This document shows positions 21,623 to 32,066 of a stretch of 64,000 nt of DNA, in pieces (position 1 is the first letter of the stretch; each line of letters opens with the position of its first letter). This stretch comes from an uncultured SAR86 cluster bacterium (GTDB lineage Bacteria > Pseudomonadota > Gammaproteobacteria > Magnimaribacterales > D2472). The DNA lies in assembly GCA_902517505.1 (NCBI GenBank), contig CABYCL010000004.1:38656-102655 (forward strand), in the 5' to 3' direction. The position numbers were made by a program, and so were the translations under genes. A model generated the notes under the pieces. That model made no database searches, had not been told where the DNA came from, and saw only the letters and a list, made by a program, of their open reading frames with translations.

Positions 21623-22879
21623 ATGAAAAAAAATGCATTTTATGCCCAGTCTGGCGGGGTGACATCAGTAATAAATGCAACCGCTGCTGCTTTAATTCTT
21701 GAATCAAAAAAGTATCAATCAAAGATTGGAAAAGTTTATGCAGGCAAAAATGGTATCCTTGGCGCACTTAAAGAAGAATTATTTGATACTTCAAAAGAGA
21801 CTTTAGCAACAATTAAATCATTAAAAACAACTCCGGGAGGAGCTTTTGGTTCATGCAGAATAAAACTCAAAAGTTTTGAAGAAAATAAAAAAGAGTACAT
21901 AAGATTAGTAGAGGTCTTCAAAGCACATGATATTGGTTACTTCTTTTATAATGGAGGTAATGACTCTGCAGACACAGCATTTAAAGTTTCACAAATAAGT
22001 CAAAATCTTGGTTATCCAATAAGCTGTATCGCTATCCCAAAGACTGTTGATAATGATCTTGTCGTAACAGATTGTTGTCCTGGTTTTGGATCGGCTGCAA
22101 AATATATTGCTACTTCAACTTTAGAGGCGTCTTTAGATGTTGCTTCTATGTCAGAAACATCTACAAAAGTATTTATTTTGGAGGTTATGGGTAGGCATGC
22201 TGGTTGGATGGCCGCATCTTCAGCCCTAGCTAGAGTTTCAAAAGACGATGCCCCTCATGTTATTTTACTTCCTGAAGTAACTTTTAATCAGAAAAAATTT
22301 TTATCAAAAGTAAATAATATAGTTAAATCAAAAGGCTATTGCGTCATTGTAACCTCAGAAGGTGTTAAAAATAGTAAGGGAAAATTTTTGACTGAATCTA
22401 ATACAAAAGATGCTTTTGGTCATGTTCAGCTTGGCGGAGTTGCGCCATACCTTGCAAATTTAATATCTAAAAAATTAAAATTAAAAAATCACTGGGCTGT
22501 TTCAGACTATCTTCAAAGAAGTGCTAGACATATTGCTTCTAAAACCGATTTACTTCATGCAGAAGCCGTTGGAATTAATGCTGTTAGGTATGCTGTAAAA
22601 GGTATGAATGGTGTTATGCCAGTCATTGTAAGAGGTAAAGGTAAGAAATATACCTGGAAAATTAAGCCAGCTCCTTTATCTAAAATTGCTAATCTTGAAA
22701 AGAAGTTACCTAAATCATTCATTTCTAAAGATGGCTTTGATGTAAATTCAAAGGCTATTGAATATCTTAGTCCTTTAATAAAGGGCGAGGCTTATCCAAG
22801 ATTTAAAAATGGAATTCCAAGAATTAAAAAACTTAAGTTAATTCAGGTAAAAAAGAAATTGCCAAACTGGAAAGCATAA
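21623..22879 (+). CDS. pfkA: 6-phosphofructokinase, probably PPi-dependent
   Basis: QSGG, GGNDS, PKTVDND, MGRHAGW. Confidence 0.93.
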   Translation: MKKNAFYAQSGGVTSVINATAAALILESKKYQSKIGKVYAGKNGILGALKEELFDTSKETLATIKSLKTTPGGAFGSCRIKLKSFEENKKEYIRLVEVFKAHDIGYFFYNGGNDSADTAFKVSQISQNLGYPISCIAIPKTVDNDLVVTDCCPGFGSAAKYIATSTLEASLDVASMSETSTKVFILEVMGRHAGWMAASSALARVSKDDAPHVILLPEVTFNQKKFLSKVNNIVKSKGYCVIVTSEGVKNSKGKFLTESNTKDAFGHVQLGGVAPYLANLISKKLKLKNHWAVSDYLQRSARHIASKTDLLHAEAVGINAVRYAVKGMNGVMPVIVRGKGKKYTWKIKPAPLSKIANLEKKLPKSFISKDGFDVNSKAIEYLSPLIKGEAYPRFKNGIPRIKKLKLIQVKKKLPNWKA

Positions 22880-23359
22880 CTATTTTCTATTAAGTTCTTC
22901 AATAATTTTAGTCACTGAATCTTTTAATAAGATCTTGTCATCTTCGTTAAGAAAATCCCCAACAAATACATCCTCACCCTTAGATCTAAAACTCAACCTC
23001 AAAGACTTATCTTTATCCCTTTTTATTTGAAAAGATGTAAAAGTTCTAAATTCTTCCCATAAATATTCTGCTTTATTAATACCTTTTTCAATCTTTACAA
23101 TCTCTTGAGAAATGTAAATCTTTTCCTTCTTACTACTCCATCTAAAACTTAAATAAAATGCAATAAATAAAATCGTTAGCTCAATACCAGCAAATGGAAG
23201 TATTAATGCTGCTCCAAAGAAATAAAATATTGTTGCAATTCCTCCACAAACAAAAGTGATGCTTGCTAGAAAAATAATTCTATAAATCCCAACTAATGAG
23301 CTGTTAGGGCTCAATGAGATTATATAATTTGAATCGTTTAATCTATCAACTGCAACCAA
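22880..23359 (-). CDS. DUF2244-like integral membrane protein
   Basis: L.PNSSL, two TMs with GA..ILPFAG.E, C-terminal VG.FLN.DDK. Confidence 0.8.
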   Translation of the reverse strand: MVAVDRLNDSNYIISLSPNSSLVGIYRIIFLASITFVCGGIATIFYFFGAALILPFAGIELTILFIAFYLSFRWSSKKEKIYISQEIVKIEKGINKAEYLWEEFRTFTSFQIKRDKDKSLRLSFRSKGEDVFVGDFLNEDDKILLKDSVTKIIEELNRK

Positions 23360-23379
23360 TATATAAATCCTTACTTATT

Positions 23380-25632
23380 TTATTGAGAGTTATCTTTTGA
23401 GGGTTTTACTTCTTCTATTAATCTTTCAATATTAATAAGCTTACCGACTTTCTTTCCTCGTTTAGCTCTACTGAGAATATACTCAGACCAATCTTTTGGT
23501 TTTAAGGTTACTGATCTTTTTCCAACCTCTATTCTCAAAGAACTTTCATCAGCAAGAAGTTGTGCGTGAGCCATGAACTCTTCTCCGTTAGATAACTTAT
23601 CTTTGGGTATATTGATTATTTTATTGCCCTTTCCTTTCCCTAAAATTGGAAGCTCATCAATTTTAAAAATTAACAATTTGCCTATATTAGATACCGAGGC
23701 TATATGTGTATGATTTTCTTTAACTGGAATAGCCTTGAGCATCTTTGCATGATCAGGTAATTTCATAAATGCCCTGCCAGTTTTCTTATTTGAAACCATA
23801 TTTTGATACTCAGAAATATAACCATATCCTGCAGTATTCATTATTAAAAATTTATCTCCTTCCTTGCCGATAACTGAGGAAATAAACTGAACTCCAGAAT
23901 CCGCATTCAATCTGCCAGTAATTGGTTCCCCCATTCCTCTTGCTGATGGAAGTGTATGACTAGCAATTGAGTATGCTTTTCCGTTTGAATCTATAAAGAC
24001 TGCTAGTTGATTGCTTTTGCCTCTAGCAAAATCTTGTAGTGAATCTTCCCCCCTGAAGGACAATGTTTGTGGATCAATTTCATGACCTTTTGCACTTCTA
24101 ATCCATCCTGCTTTAGACAACACGATCGTAACAGGCTCAGTAACGATAGTCTCTTCTTCAGAGAAGACTTTTGCATCAGTAGAATCAATAATTGGTGACT
24201 TCCTGTCCTCACCAAAAGAATCTTTTAATTCATTTAATTCATTCTTGATTAGTGTTTTTAATCTAGACTTAGATTTTAATATTTTCTCAATTTCATTTTC
24301 TTCATTTACTAATTCGTTCCTTTCATTTTCTAATTTTAATTGCTCTAGTTTTGCAAGTTGTCTAAGTTTTATCTCTAAAATAGCATTTGCTTGGATCTCA
24401 GATAATTTAAAAACCTTGATGAGTTCTTTTTTAGGTTCATCAGATTTGCGAATAATTTTTATTACTTTGTCCAAGTCAATAAATATGGTTAGTAAGCCTT
24501 CAAGAATATGAAGCCTGTCATTAACTTGATCTAATCGATGTTCTAACTTTCTTTTAACAGTATCTTTTCTGAATGTTAACCATTCTTTTAACAAATCTAC
24601 GAGCGAAAATACTTTAGGCCCACCTTTCAACGAAATAAGATTCATATTCATCCTATAGGTTTTTTGAAGGTCAGTAGATGCAAAGAGATGATTCATAACG
24701 TCTTCAGCATTAACACGATTTGATTTTAAAGTTATCACTAACCTCACAGGTTCCATATGATCTCCTTCATCTGATAAATCTATGACCATGGGAAGTTTTT
24801 TATTAAGCATTTGTTCTGCTATTTGCTCTAGAATTTTTGAGCCAGAGGCTTGATATGGCAAAGCATTAATTATTATTTGATTTTTTTCTTGCTTCCATTG
24901 AGATTGGATTTTAAAGCCTCCCCTGCCGGTTAAATACATCTCGTGTAACTCTTCTTGGCTAGCAACTATAGGTGCATCATTAGAAAAATCAGGTCCTTTA
25001 ATAATCTTTAATAAATCATTTAAATCTGATTTTGGTTTTTCAAGGATTCTAATTGTTGCCTCAATTACTTCGTTAATGTTGTGGGATGGTATATCTGTTG
25101 CCATACCAACAGCAATTCCAGAAGTTCCATTTAAAAGGATTATAGGAATTTTTGATGGAAAAATTACTGGTTCTAATAAAGAGCCGTCAAAATTTGGTTG
25201 CCAGTCAACTGTACCCGCCTTAAGCTCAGAGATTAATAAATTTGCAAAATTTGTTAACTTGGACTCTGTGTATCTCATAGCAGCAAAAGATTTAGGATCA
25301 TCTTGAGATCCCCAATTCCCTTGACCATCAACTAATGGGTATTTAAAAGAAAAATTTTGTGCCATTAAAACCATTGCTTCATATGCAGCACTGTCACCAT
25401 GTGGATGAAATTTACCAATCACATCACCTACTGTTCTAGCAGATTTCTTATATTTGGATGATGCATCTAATCCTAATTCTGACATTGCGTATAGAATCCT
25501 TCTTTGCACAGGTTTTAAACCATCACCTACATTGGGAAGAGCCCTATCCAAAATGACATACATTGCATAATTAAGATATGACTCTTCTGCATATTTTTTA
25601 AGGCTTATGGAGTCAAATTGATCTTTTCCCAT
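23380..25632 (-). CDS. parC: DNA topoisomerase IV subunit A
   Basis: [30 protein letters not shown]. Confidence 0.98.
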   Translation of the reverse strand: MGKDQFDSISLKKYAEESYLNYAMYVILDRALPNVGDGLKPVQRRILYAMSELGLDASSKYKKSARTVGDVIGKFHPHGDSAAYEAMVLMAQNFSFKYPLVDGQGNWGSQDDPKSFAAMRYTESKLTNFANLLISELKAGTVDWQPNFDGSLLEPVIFPSKIPIILLNGTSGIAVGMATDIPSHNINEVIEATIRILEKPKSDLNDLLKIIKGPDFSNDAPIVASQEELHEMYLTGRGGFKIQSQWKQEKNQIIINALPYQASGSKILEQIAEQMLNKKLPMVIDLSDEGDHMEPVRLVITLKSNRVNAEDVMNHLFASTDLQKTYRMNMNLISLKGGPKVFSLVDLLKEWLTFRKDTVKRKLEHRLDQVNDRLHILEGLLTIFIDLDKVIKIIRKSDEPKKELIKVFKLSEIQANAILEIKLRQLAKLEQLKLENERNELVNEENEIEKILKSKSRLKTLIKNELNELKDSFGEDRKSPIIDSTDAKVFSEEETIVTEPVTIVLSKAGWIRSAKGHEIDPQTLSFRGEDSLQDFARGKSNQLAVFIDSNGKAYSIASHTLPSARGMGEPITGRLNADSGVQFISSVIGKEGDKFLIMNTAGYGYISEYQNMVSNKKTGRAFMKLPDHAKMLKAIPVKENHTHIASVSNIGKLLIFKIDELPILGKGKGNKIINIPKDKLSNGEEFMAHAQLLADESSLRIEVGKRSVTLKPKDWSEYILSRAKRGKKVGKLINIERLIEEVKPSKDNSQ

Positions 25633-25634
25633 TT

Positions 25635-27530
25635 TTACATCCTCACCAATGAACCTTTCTTTTCAAGCCATTCTTTTCTTGCAGGCGCATTCTTTTTTGA
25701 TAACAAGAGGTCCATCATAGCGTTTGCATTATCAGTAGCTGAAATCGATAATCTAACAAGCTGCCTTGTGTCAGGATCCATGACAGTCTCTCTTAGCTGA
25801 GAAGGATTCATTTCCCCAAGTCCTTTAAATCGCTGGATATTTATTTTTGGCTTACCTTTTTTACTCTTAAATTCTTTCATGGCTTTATCTTTTTGCTTTT
25901 CGTCCAAAGCATACAAAACGTCTTTACCACAATCAATCCTATACAAAGGAGGCATTGCTATAAAAATTCTTCCTTCATTAACAAGAGGTTTAAAATGCCT
26001 TAAAAATAAAGCACATAACAAAGTTGCGATATGCAATCCATCTGAATCTGCGTCTGCCAAAATACATATTTTTCCATATCTTAGAGAGGAAATATCAACG
26101 TTACCAGGTAAAACACCAATTGCTGTTGAAAGATTTTTTATTTCTTGAGATTTTATTATTTCCTCACTCTCTAAATCCCATGTATTAAGTATTTTTCCTC
26201 TAAGAGGCATGATTGCTTGAAAAGATCTTTCTCTAGCCTGTTTTGCAGATCCACCAGCTGAATCTCCTTCAACTAAAAATAATTCTGTTTTGTTTAAATC
26301 TTCGCTGTTGCAGTCGGATAGTTTACCTGGAAGAGCTGGGCCTTTAAAAGTCTTCTTTCTTTCAACAGATGATGATGCTTTTGCTCGAGCTTGTGCAGAA
26401 ATAATTGCAAGCTCTGCAATCCTTTCTCCCTCTTCGGTATGTTTATTAAACCAAATGCTAAGAACATCTTTAGTAGAGCTGCTTACAAATGACATATGAT
26501 CTTTTGAATCTAAGCGTTCTTTTGTTTGTCCAGCAAATTGAGGATTTTGCATTTTAGATGAGACAATAAATATCGCATTATTCATTACGTCATCAGCATT
26601 TAATTTTACTCCCTTAGGAAGAAGACTTCTGTATTCGCAGAATTCTTTTAATGCATCTAAAAGACCTGCTTTAAAACCATTTAAGTGTGATCCACCTTGT
26701 GCAGTTGGAATCAAGTTAACATATGTCTCATCAAGTTTATTTTTTGGAGGTATTCCAGCCCAATTTACTACAAATTCCACCTCCTGAGTTTTAGTGTCTT
26801 TTGAAGAAACAATTGATTCTTCAAGAATTAAATCAACGCCTTCCGATTCTTCTTCTAAATAACTCTTAAGTCCATCCTCAAAAAACCATTTAATTTTTGG
26901 ATCTTTTTTATTATCATTTTGAAATTCGATTGTTAGTCCAGGACATAGAACTGCTTTAGCTTTAAGTAAATGTTTTAATTCTTTTAACCTAATTTCATTT
27001 GATTCAAAATATTTTTCGTTTGGTTTAAATTTAATTGTTGTTCCAGTATTTCTCAATCCAACATCACCAATAGGTTTAAGATCTGTTTTCTTATCTCCAT
27101 TTCTAAACTTCATTGAATATTCTTTTGAGTCCCTTTTAACAAAAACCTCTAAGGTTTCTGATAAAGCATTTACAACTGAAACTCCAACACCATGAAGTCC
27201 TCCAGAAAAGTTATATTCTTCTCCAGAAAATTTTGCTCCAGCGTGTAATTTGCACAAAATTAGTTCAACTCCACTGAGTTTATGTTCTGGATGCTCATCT
27301 ATTGGCATGCCTCTTCCATCATCAGATATGCTTATGAAACCATCTTTTTGAATTTTTATTTTAATATTTGAGCAATGCCCTGCAATAGCTTCATCAACAG
27401 AGTTGTCTAGAACTTCTTGAATTAAATGGTTTGGACATGAAGTATCTGTATACATGCCAGGCCTTTTTCTAACAGGATCTAATCCAGAAAGAACTTCTAT
27501 TGCTTTTGAGTCGTATGTATTCTTGGCCAA
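25635..27530 (-). CDS. parE: DNA topoisomerase IV subunit B
   Basis: [35 protein letters not shown]. Confidence 0.98.
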   Translation of the reverse strand: MAKNTYDSKAIEVLSGLDPVRKRPGMYTDTSCPNHLIQEVLDNSVDEAIAGHCSNIKIKIQKDGFISISDDGRGMPIDEHPEHKLSGVELILCKLHAGAKFSGEEYNFSGGLHGVGVSVVNALSETLEVFVKRDSKEYSMKFRNGDKKTDLKPIGDVGLRNTGTTIKFKPNEKYFESNEIRLKELKHLLKAKAVLCPGLTIEFQNDNKKDPKIKWFFEDGLKSYLEEESEGVDLILEESIVSSKDTKTQEVEFVVNWAGIPPKNKLDETYVNLIPTAQGGSHLNGFKAGLLDALKEFCEYRSLLPKGVKLNADDVMNNAIFIVSSKMQNPQFAGQTKERLDSKDHMSFVSSSTKDVLSIWFNKHTEEGERIAELAIISAQARAKASSSVERKKTFKGPALPGKLSDCNSEDLNKTELFLVEGDSAGGSAKQARERSFQAIMPLRGKILNTWDLESEEIIKSQEIKNLSTAIGVLPGNVDISSLRYGKICILADADSDGLHIATLLCALFLRHFKPLVNEGRIFIAMPPLYRIDCGKDVLYALDEKQKDKAMKEFKSKKGKPKINIQRFKGLGEMNPSQLRETVMDPDTRQLVRLSISATDNANAMMDLLLSKKNAPARKEWLEKKGSLVRM

Positions 27531-27696
27531 TCTAATTTGCCTTTTGAATTGATATGTAAAAACTTTTGTTTATATACTTTTTCATAAAAGTTTTTATTTG
27601 ATATTCTACTCCATACAAATAAAAAAAACGTTTTATTTGAGTACAATATTGTAATAATGTTTACACTGCACACATTTAATGAGTTAAAATAGAAAA

Positions 27697-29031
27697 ATGC
27701 ATATTAAAATAGTCAACAAATTATTGTTAGTTTCTCTTTGTTGCACACAGCTGTATTCAGAAAATATTTTAGAAATCTATAACGAAGCTCTTGAAAATGA
27801 TCCAACATATAAATCAGCTGAGTACTCGTATCTGGCTGATAAGCAAATAGTTGTTCAAGGAAGAGCTGCTCTTCTTCCAAGCATAACTCTTAGTGGTTCA
27901 ACTAATTGGAATGAGTACTATCAAGATGACATACTTCAACAGGAATATAATTCTTTTTCTAAGTCAGCAAGAGTATCTCAGCCGCTTTTTAGATTAGATA
28001 CTTGGTTTAATTTTAAGAGATCTAAGTCTTTGACAAATGCTGCTGAAGCAGATTTTGCATATCAGCAACAAAATTTATTACTAAGAACTGCTGAACTTTA
28101 TTTTGGTGTTCTTAGGGCAATAGATAACCTTAATGCATCTATTTCAGAAGAAAAAGCAATTAAAAAACAATTAGATCAAGCTCAGCAAAGATATGAAGTT
28201 GGTTTATCAGCTATAACTGGTGTTCAAGAAGCTCAGCTGGCATTTGATCTAAGCAAGGCAGCAAGAATAAATAATGAAGGTAATCTCTTCTCTGCCAGAG
28301 AGGCCCTTAATGCTTTGATTGGTAGGGAAATTTTCTCGCTTGATGAATTGGGTGAAAATTTAAATGTATCCTCTCCATTTCCAAATTCAAAAGAAGATTG
28401 GGTGAAAACAGCATTAGAGAATAATTATCAACTTAAAGCAGCATACTTAAGAAAAGATGCAGCCAAAAGCAATGCAAGAAGTGCAGCATCAAATCATCTT
28501 CCTAAAATAGATATAGTAGGTTCAGGTTCTGAATCAGAAACAAACCAATTCAACTACGAAGGATTTGAAATAAATGGTCAAGGAATTCCGGTTCCTGCTG
28601 TTACGGGAAGACGAAACTACGCAATTCAGATGAGTATCCCAATTTTTCAAGGTGGAGCTGTTAGTTCTAGAAGAAAACAAGCATATTCTCAATACAATGA
28701 AGCAGATGAGAATTCGTTGTTTACAGAGAGAAGAATTATTCAAGAAGTAAGATCGCAGTTTTCAAATGTTGTAACGCTAGTAGCTAATGTGACTGCTCAA
28801 GAACAGGCTGTTATCTCTGCAACTAGTGCCTTAGAGGCCACACAAGTTGGTTATAAGGTTGGGACAAGAAATATAGTTGATTTACTTCAAGCTGAGAAAA
28901 ATCTTTATAGTGCTGAGAAAAATCTTGCTAATGCTAAATACGATTATATTCTCGCTAATCTAAGATTAGCTTTAGCGGCTGGCACAATCAGTCCTAGTGA
29001 TATTGTTGAAATAAATAACTTACTTAACTAA
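27697..29031 (+). CDS. tolC: Outer membrane channel TolC
   Basis: Signal peptide, two OEP repeats, VG.R..VD.L.A motif. Divergent from parE. Confidence 0.93.
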   Translation: MHIKIVNKLLLVSLCCTQLYSENILEIYNEALENDPTYKSAEYSYLADKQIVVQGRAALLPSITLSGSTNWNEYYQDDILQQEYNSFSKSARVSQPLFRLDTWFNFKRSKSLTNAAEADFAYQQQNLLLRTAELYFGVLRAIDNLNASISEEKAIKKQLDQAQQRYEVGLSAITGVQEAQLAFDLSKAARINNEGNLFSAREALNALIGREIFSLDELGENLNVSSPFPNSKEDWVKTALENNYQLKAAYLRKDAAKSNARSAASNHLPKIDIVGSGSESETNQFNYEGFEINGQGIPVPAVTGRRNYAIQMSIPIFQGGAVSSRRKQAYSQYNEADENSLFTERRIIQEVRSQFSNVVTLVANVTAQEQAVISATSALEATQVGYKVGTRNIVDLLQAEKNLYSAEKNLANAKYDYILANLRLALAAGTISPSDIVEINNLLN

Positions 29032-29034
29032 ATC

Positions 29035-29844
29035 ATGCCTGAATTGCCAGAGGTTGAAACAACCGTCAGAGCAATTAGTAAATTTAAAAATAAAACTCTT
29101 AAAGAAATAATTGTTCACAATAAAAATCTTCGTTGGAAAGTTACTGATAAAGTTGAGCTAGCTTCTAAAAATAAAAAAATCAAAGAAATAGAAAGAAGGG
29201 CAAAGTATATACTGATTCATTTTGATGACTCGTCTTTAATGATTCATTTAGGCATGTCTGGAAAACTAAGAATTCAAAAAATTAAAAACAATTTTTTCAT
29301 GAAGCATGACCATGCTGAATTAATTTTTTCTAAAGAAAAAATAATTTTTAATGATCCTCGTAGATTTGGATCTATTCATTTAACAAATGATTTTAAACAT
29401 CACAAACTTATAAAAAATCTTGGTATTGAACCTTTGTCTAAATCATTTAACAAAAGATATCTTTTTGATATTTGTAATAAAAGCAATTTAAATATTAAAA
29501 AAGTAATTATGGATCAAAAAAAAATCGTTGGTGTTGGTAATATTTATGCTTCTGAAAGCCTCTTTCTTGCAAAAATAAAACCTAATAAATCTGCAAGTAA
29601 AATCTCTATGGATGATTGTCATGATCTTGTTAAGTCAATAAAGAAGGTTCTTAGATACGCAATTAAAATGGGTGGCACAACTTTAAAAGATTTTTATTCA
29701 GCTGATGGCAATGAGGGATATTTTAATCTTGAATTAAGTGTCTATGGTCGCGAAGGAGAAAGTTGCAAAATTTGTGGTGCTAAAGTTAAAAAAATAAATA
29801 TCGGTCAGAGGTCCACCTTTTATTGTCAGAATTGTCAGAATTAA
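29035..29844 (+). CDS. mutM: Formamidopyrimidine-DNA glycosylase
   Basis: [22 protein letters not shown]-terminal zinc finger. Confidence 0.98.
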   Translation: MPELPEVETTVRAISKFKNKTLKEIIVHNKNLRWKVTDKVELASKNKKIKEIERRAKYILIHFDDSSLMIHLGMSGKLRIQKIKNNFFMKHDHAELIFSKEKIIFNDPRRFGSIHLTNDFKHHKLIKNLGIEPLSKSFNKRYLFDICNKSNLNIKKVIMDQKKIVGVGNIYASESLFLAKIKPNKSASKISMDDCHDLVKSIKKVLRYAIKMGGTTLKDFYSADGNEGYFNLELSVYGREGESCKICGAKVKKINIGQRSTFYCQNCQN

Positions 29845-30323
29845 GAGCCGAGTTTTGCTTTGAGGGCTTGTTCAACAGAAGGATGAACAAATTTAGACAC
29901 ATCACCTTTTAAATCACAAATCTCTTTAATAAGGCTTGATGAGACATAAATTAGACTTTCTTTTGGAGTTAAAAAAATACTTTCTACATCAGGCGCCAAA
30001 GATCTATTCATAGTCGCAAGCTGAAATTCATATTCAAAATCAGAAACTGCCCTTAAGCCTCTAATAATTGCACATGCATTATTTTCCTTTGCTACATCGA
30101 CTGTAAGTTGCCTAGGAAAGCCAAGAACTTCAACATTAGAGTTATCTTTATATATATTTTTGGCAAGCTTTATCCTATCTTCAAGTGTAAATAAATGATT
30201 TTTTGCTTCATTTTTTGCAATAGCAATAATAACTTTATCAAAAAGGTTAGTTGCCCTATCAATAATATCCATATGACCATATGTTATTGGGTCGAACGAG
30301 CCTGGATAGATTGCTACTCTCAT
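29841..30323 (-). CDS. coaD: Phosphopantetheine adenylyltransferase
   Basis: [27 protein letters not shown]. Start could be 30323 or 30329. Confidence 0.98.
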   Translation of the reverse strand: MRVAIYPGSFDPITYGHMDIIDRATNLFDKVIIAIAKNEAKNHLFTLEDRIKLAKNIYKDNSNVEVLGFPRQLTVDVAKENNACAIIRGLRAVSDFEYEFQLATMNRSLAPDVESIFLTPKESLIYVSSSLIKEICDLKGDVSKFVHPSVEQALKAKLGS

Positions 30324-30386
30324 ATACATTGAATAATACTAAACATTACAATTTAATCAAAATTATTATAAAAATAGCAATTTCTA

Positions 30387-30413
30387 AAAAAAGTCTAAAT
30401 TTGATACATTTTT
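30387..30413. promoter_or_regulatory. 27-bp pseudo-palindromic putative operator, copy 1 (overlaps the proteorhodopsin -35)
   Basis: AAAAAAGTCTAAATTTGATACATTTTT is the exact reverse complement of 40591-40617. Confidence 0.75.
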
Positions 30414-30429
30414 CAGTTTTTTGTATGAT
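30401..30429 (+). promoter_or_regulatory. Sigma70-type promoter of proteorhodopsin
   Basis: TTGATA (30401-30406), 17-bp spacer, TATGAT (30424-30429). SD AAGGAG at 30482-30487. Confidence 0.7.
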
Positions 30430-30493
30430 ATATGGTTCATATGAAATGGGGGGGAGTAAATTATTGCTCCACTACTTATATAAGGAGTTATAT

Positions 30494-31225
30494 ATGAAAT
30501 TTTTATTAACACTTGCAGGCGTGGTTGCGCTTCCTGCTTTTGCTTCAGATCTAAGCACAAGCGATATGACAGGAATGTCATTCTGGATTGTAACTGCTGC
30601 TATGCTAGCTGCTACTGTATTCTTCTTTGTAGAAAGAGACAGAGTACACGGCAAATGGAAAACTTCATTATCAGTAGCTGGTTTAGTTACTGGTGTGGCG
30701 TTTTGGCATTATCTATATATGAGAGGTGTTTGGGCCGATACAGGTACATCACCAACTGTATACAGATACATTGACTGGCTAATTACTGTGCCACTTCAAA
30801 TTATCGAGTTCTACTTGATTCTTAAAGTATGCACTAATGTAAGTTCTGGCCTATTCTGGAAACTACTTGGAGCATCATTAGTAATGCTTATCGCTGGTTT
30901 CATGGGAGAAACTGGAGCTGCTCCAGCAAATGCTGCTGGTATCGTAGGAGTAATTGCTTGGTTATATATCATCTATGAAGTATTTTCTGGTGAAGCTGGA
31001 AAACTAAATGCTTCAAGTGGTAATGCTGCTGCTCAAAGTGCTTTCGGTACAATTAGATTAATTGTTACTGTTGGTTGGGCAATTTATCCAATAGGATATT
31101 GGGTAGGTGTCGGAGCTAATGCAGATATGGCTAACGCTAACTTAATTTATAACTATGCTGATTTTATTAACAAAATCGCATTTGGTTTAGCTATTTATGT
31201 AGCTGCTGTTAGCGACTCAGAATAA
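30494..31225 (+). CDS. Proteorhodopsin, blue-tuned DTE proton pump (243 aa)
   Basis: Start at ATG 30494 after a strong SD. Signal peptide, FWHY (His75 equivalent), RYIDWLITVPLQIIEF (D94/T98/Q102/E105 = GPR D97/T101/105/E108), retinal Lys in DFINK (K227). Confidence 0.98.
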   Translation: MKFLLTLAGVVALPAFASDLSTSDMTGMSFWIVTAAMLAATVFFFVERDRVHGKWKTSLSVAGLVTGVAFWHYLYMRGVWADTGTSPTVYRYIDWLITVPLQIIEFYLILKVCTNVSSGLFWKLLGASLVMLIAGFMGETGAAPANAAGIVGVIAWLYIIYEVFSGEAGKLNASSGNAAAQSAFGTIRLIVTVGWAIYPIGYWVGVGANADMANANLIYNYADFINKIAFGLAIYVAAVSDSE

Positions 31226-31239
31226 TAGTTTTTATTCAG

Positions 31240-31268
31240 AAAAACCCAGCTTTTTGCTGGGTTTTTTT
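31240..31268. terminator. Bidirectional intrinsic terminator between rhodopsin and SDR
   Basis: AAAAACCCAGC-TTTTT-GCTGGGTTTTTTT. Confidence 0.9.
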
Positions 31269-31989
31269 ATGGCTGAATTTCTTCTCCATTCCAAGCATAC
31301 AATTTACCGGAATCATCAGAAGTTACAGCATCAATAACCTCTAATAGTTTTGCAGCACTATAATCTGGGGTAAACAGATTTTCGGACTGTACATTCTTCT
31401 CAAAGGGCTTGCTTAAGTTACTTTTTACCGTACCAGGTTGCAATCCTATGAAGATTGAATTTGGGTTTGATCTTTTGATTTCTATACTAAAATTTTTCAC
31501 TATTTGATTGAGGGCGGTTTTGCTTGCACGATATGAGTACCAGCCCCCAAGTTTATTATCTGAAATGCTCCCAACTCGAGCACTTAGAAAAGCAAAAACA
31601 TTTTTATTTTGTTTATTGAGAAAAGGAATAAAGTATTTACCAACTAGAGCGGGTCCAACCGTATTTATCATCAAAACTTTTTTAAATCTTTCAGCAGATA
31701 TATCACGAATGCTTTTTTCAGGATAAACATCATTTTCATTGTGAAGTATCCCAGTAGCAACAAATATCAAATCAAATTTTATATCTTGTGGAATTTTTTT
31801 AACTGCATCTTTTATAGATTCTTCACTTTCAATATCTATGTATATTCTGTTTTCTTTATCAGAAGTATTTGAGCTAATCGATCTAGAAAAATTATATACA
31901 GAGTCAACTGACTCATCATCTAAAAGGATTTTAGATACAGCATTGCCTATCGCACCAGATGAACCAATTACTGCTACATTTTTTTTCAT
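31267..31989 (-). CDS. Short-chain dehydrogenase, CsgA (C-factor)-like
   Basis: GSSGAIG, SARVGSISDN.LGGWYSYRASK, PGTV.S.LSKPF. Confidence 0.9.
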   Translation of the reverse strand: MKKNVAVIGSSGAIGNAVSKILLDDESVDSVYNFSRSISSNTSDKENRIYIDIESEESIKDAVKKIPQDIKFDLIFVATGILHNENDVYPEKSIRDISAERFKKVLMINTVGPALVGKYFIPFLNKQNKNVFAFLSARVGSISDNKLGGWYSYRASKTALNQIVKNFSIEIKRSNPNSIFIGLQPGTVKSNLSKPFEKNVQSENLFTPDYSAAKLLEVIDAVTSDDSGKLYAWNGEEIQP

Positions 31990-32010
31990 AGTCTTTATAT
32001 AAGGACAATT

Positions 32011-32054
32011 AAAAATAAAAGAAGAGAGATAGGGTTATGCCCTATCTCTTCTTC
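32011..32054 (-). terminator. Intrinsic terminator after fdh
   Basis: Stem GAGATAGGG/CCCTATCTC with flanking GAAGA/TCTTC. On the minus strand it is followed by a T-rich tract. Confidence 0.85.
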
Positions 32055-32066
32055 AAAACAAAATAT

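Noticed and set aside
29884..29899. Partial third copy of the 27-bp motif (TGAACAAATTTAGACA)
   Set aside because: Only about 11 bp match and it is inside coaD coding sequence, so it is compatible with chance.
30401..30414. FNR box (TTGAT-N4-ATCAA) or PpsR box (TGT-N12-ACA) as the identity of the shared motif
   Set aside because: Only one FNR half-site is present and the TGT..AC spacing is 11, not 12.
30281..30493. 71-aa N-terminal extension of the rhodopsin in the ORF track
   Set aside because: It overlaps coaD and the promoter. The strong SD and signal peptide place the start at 30494.
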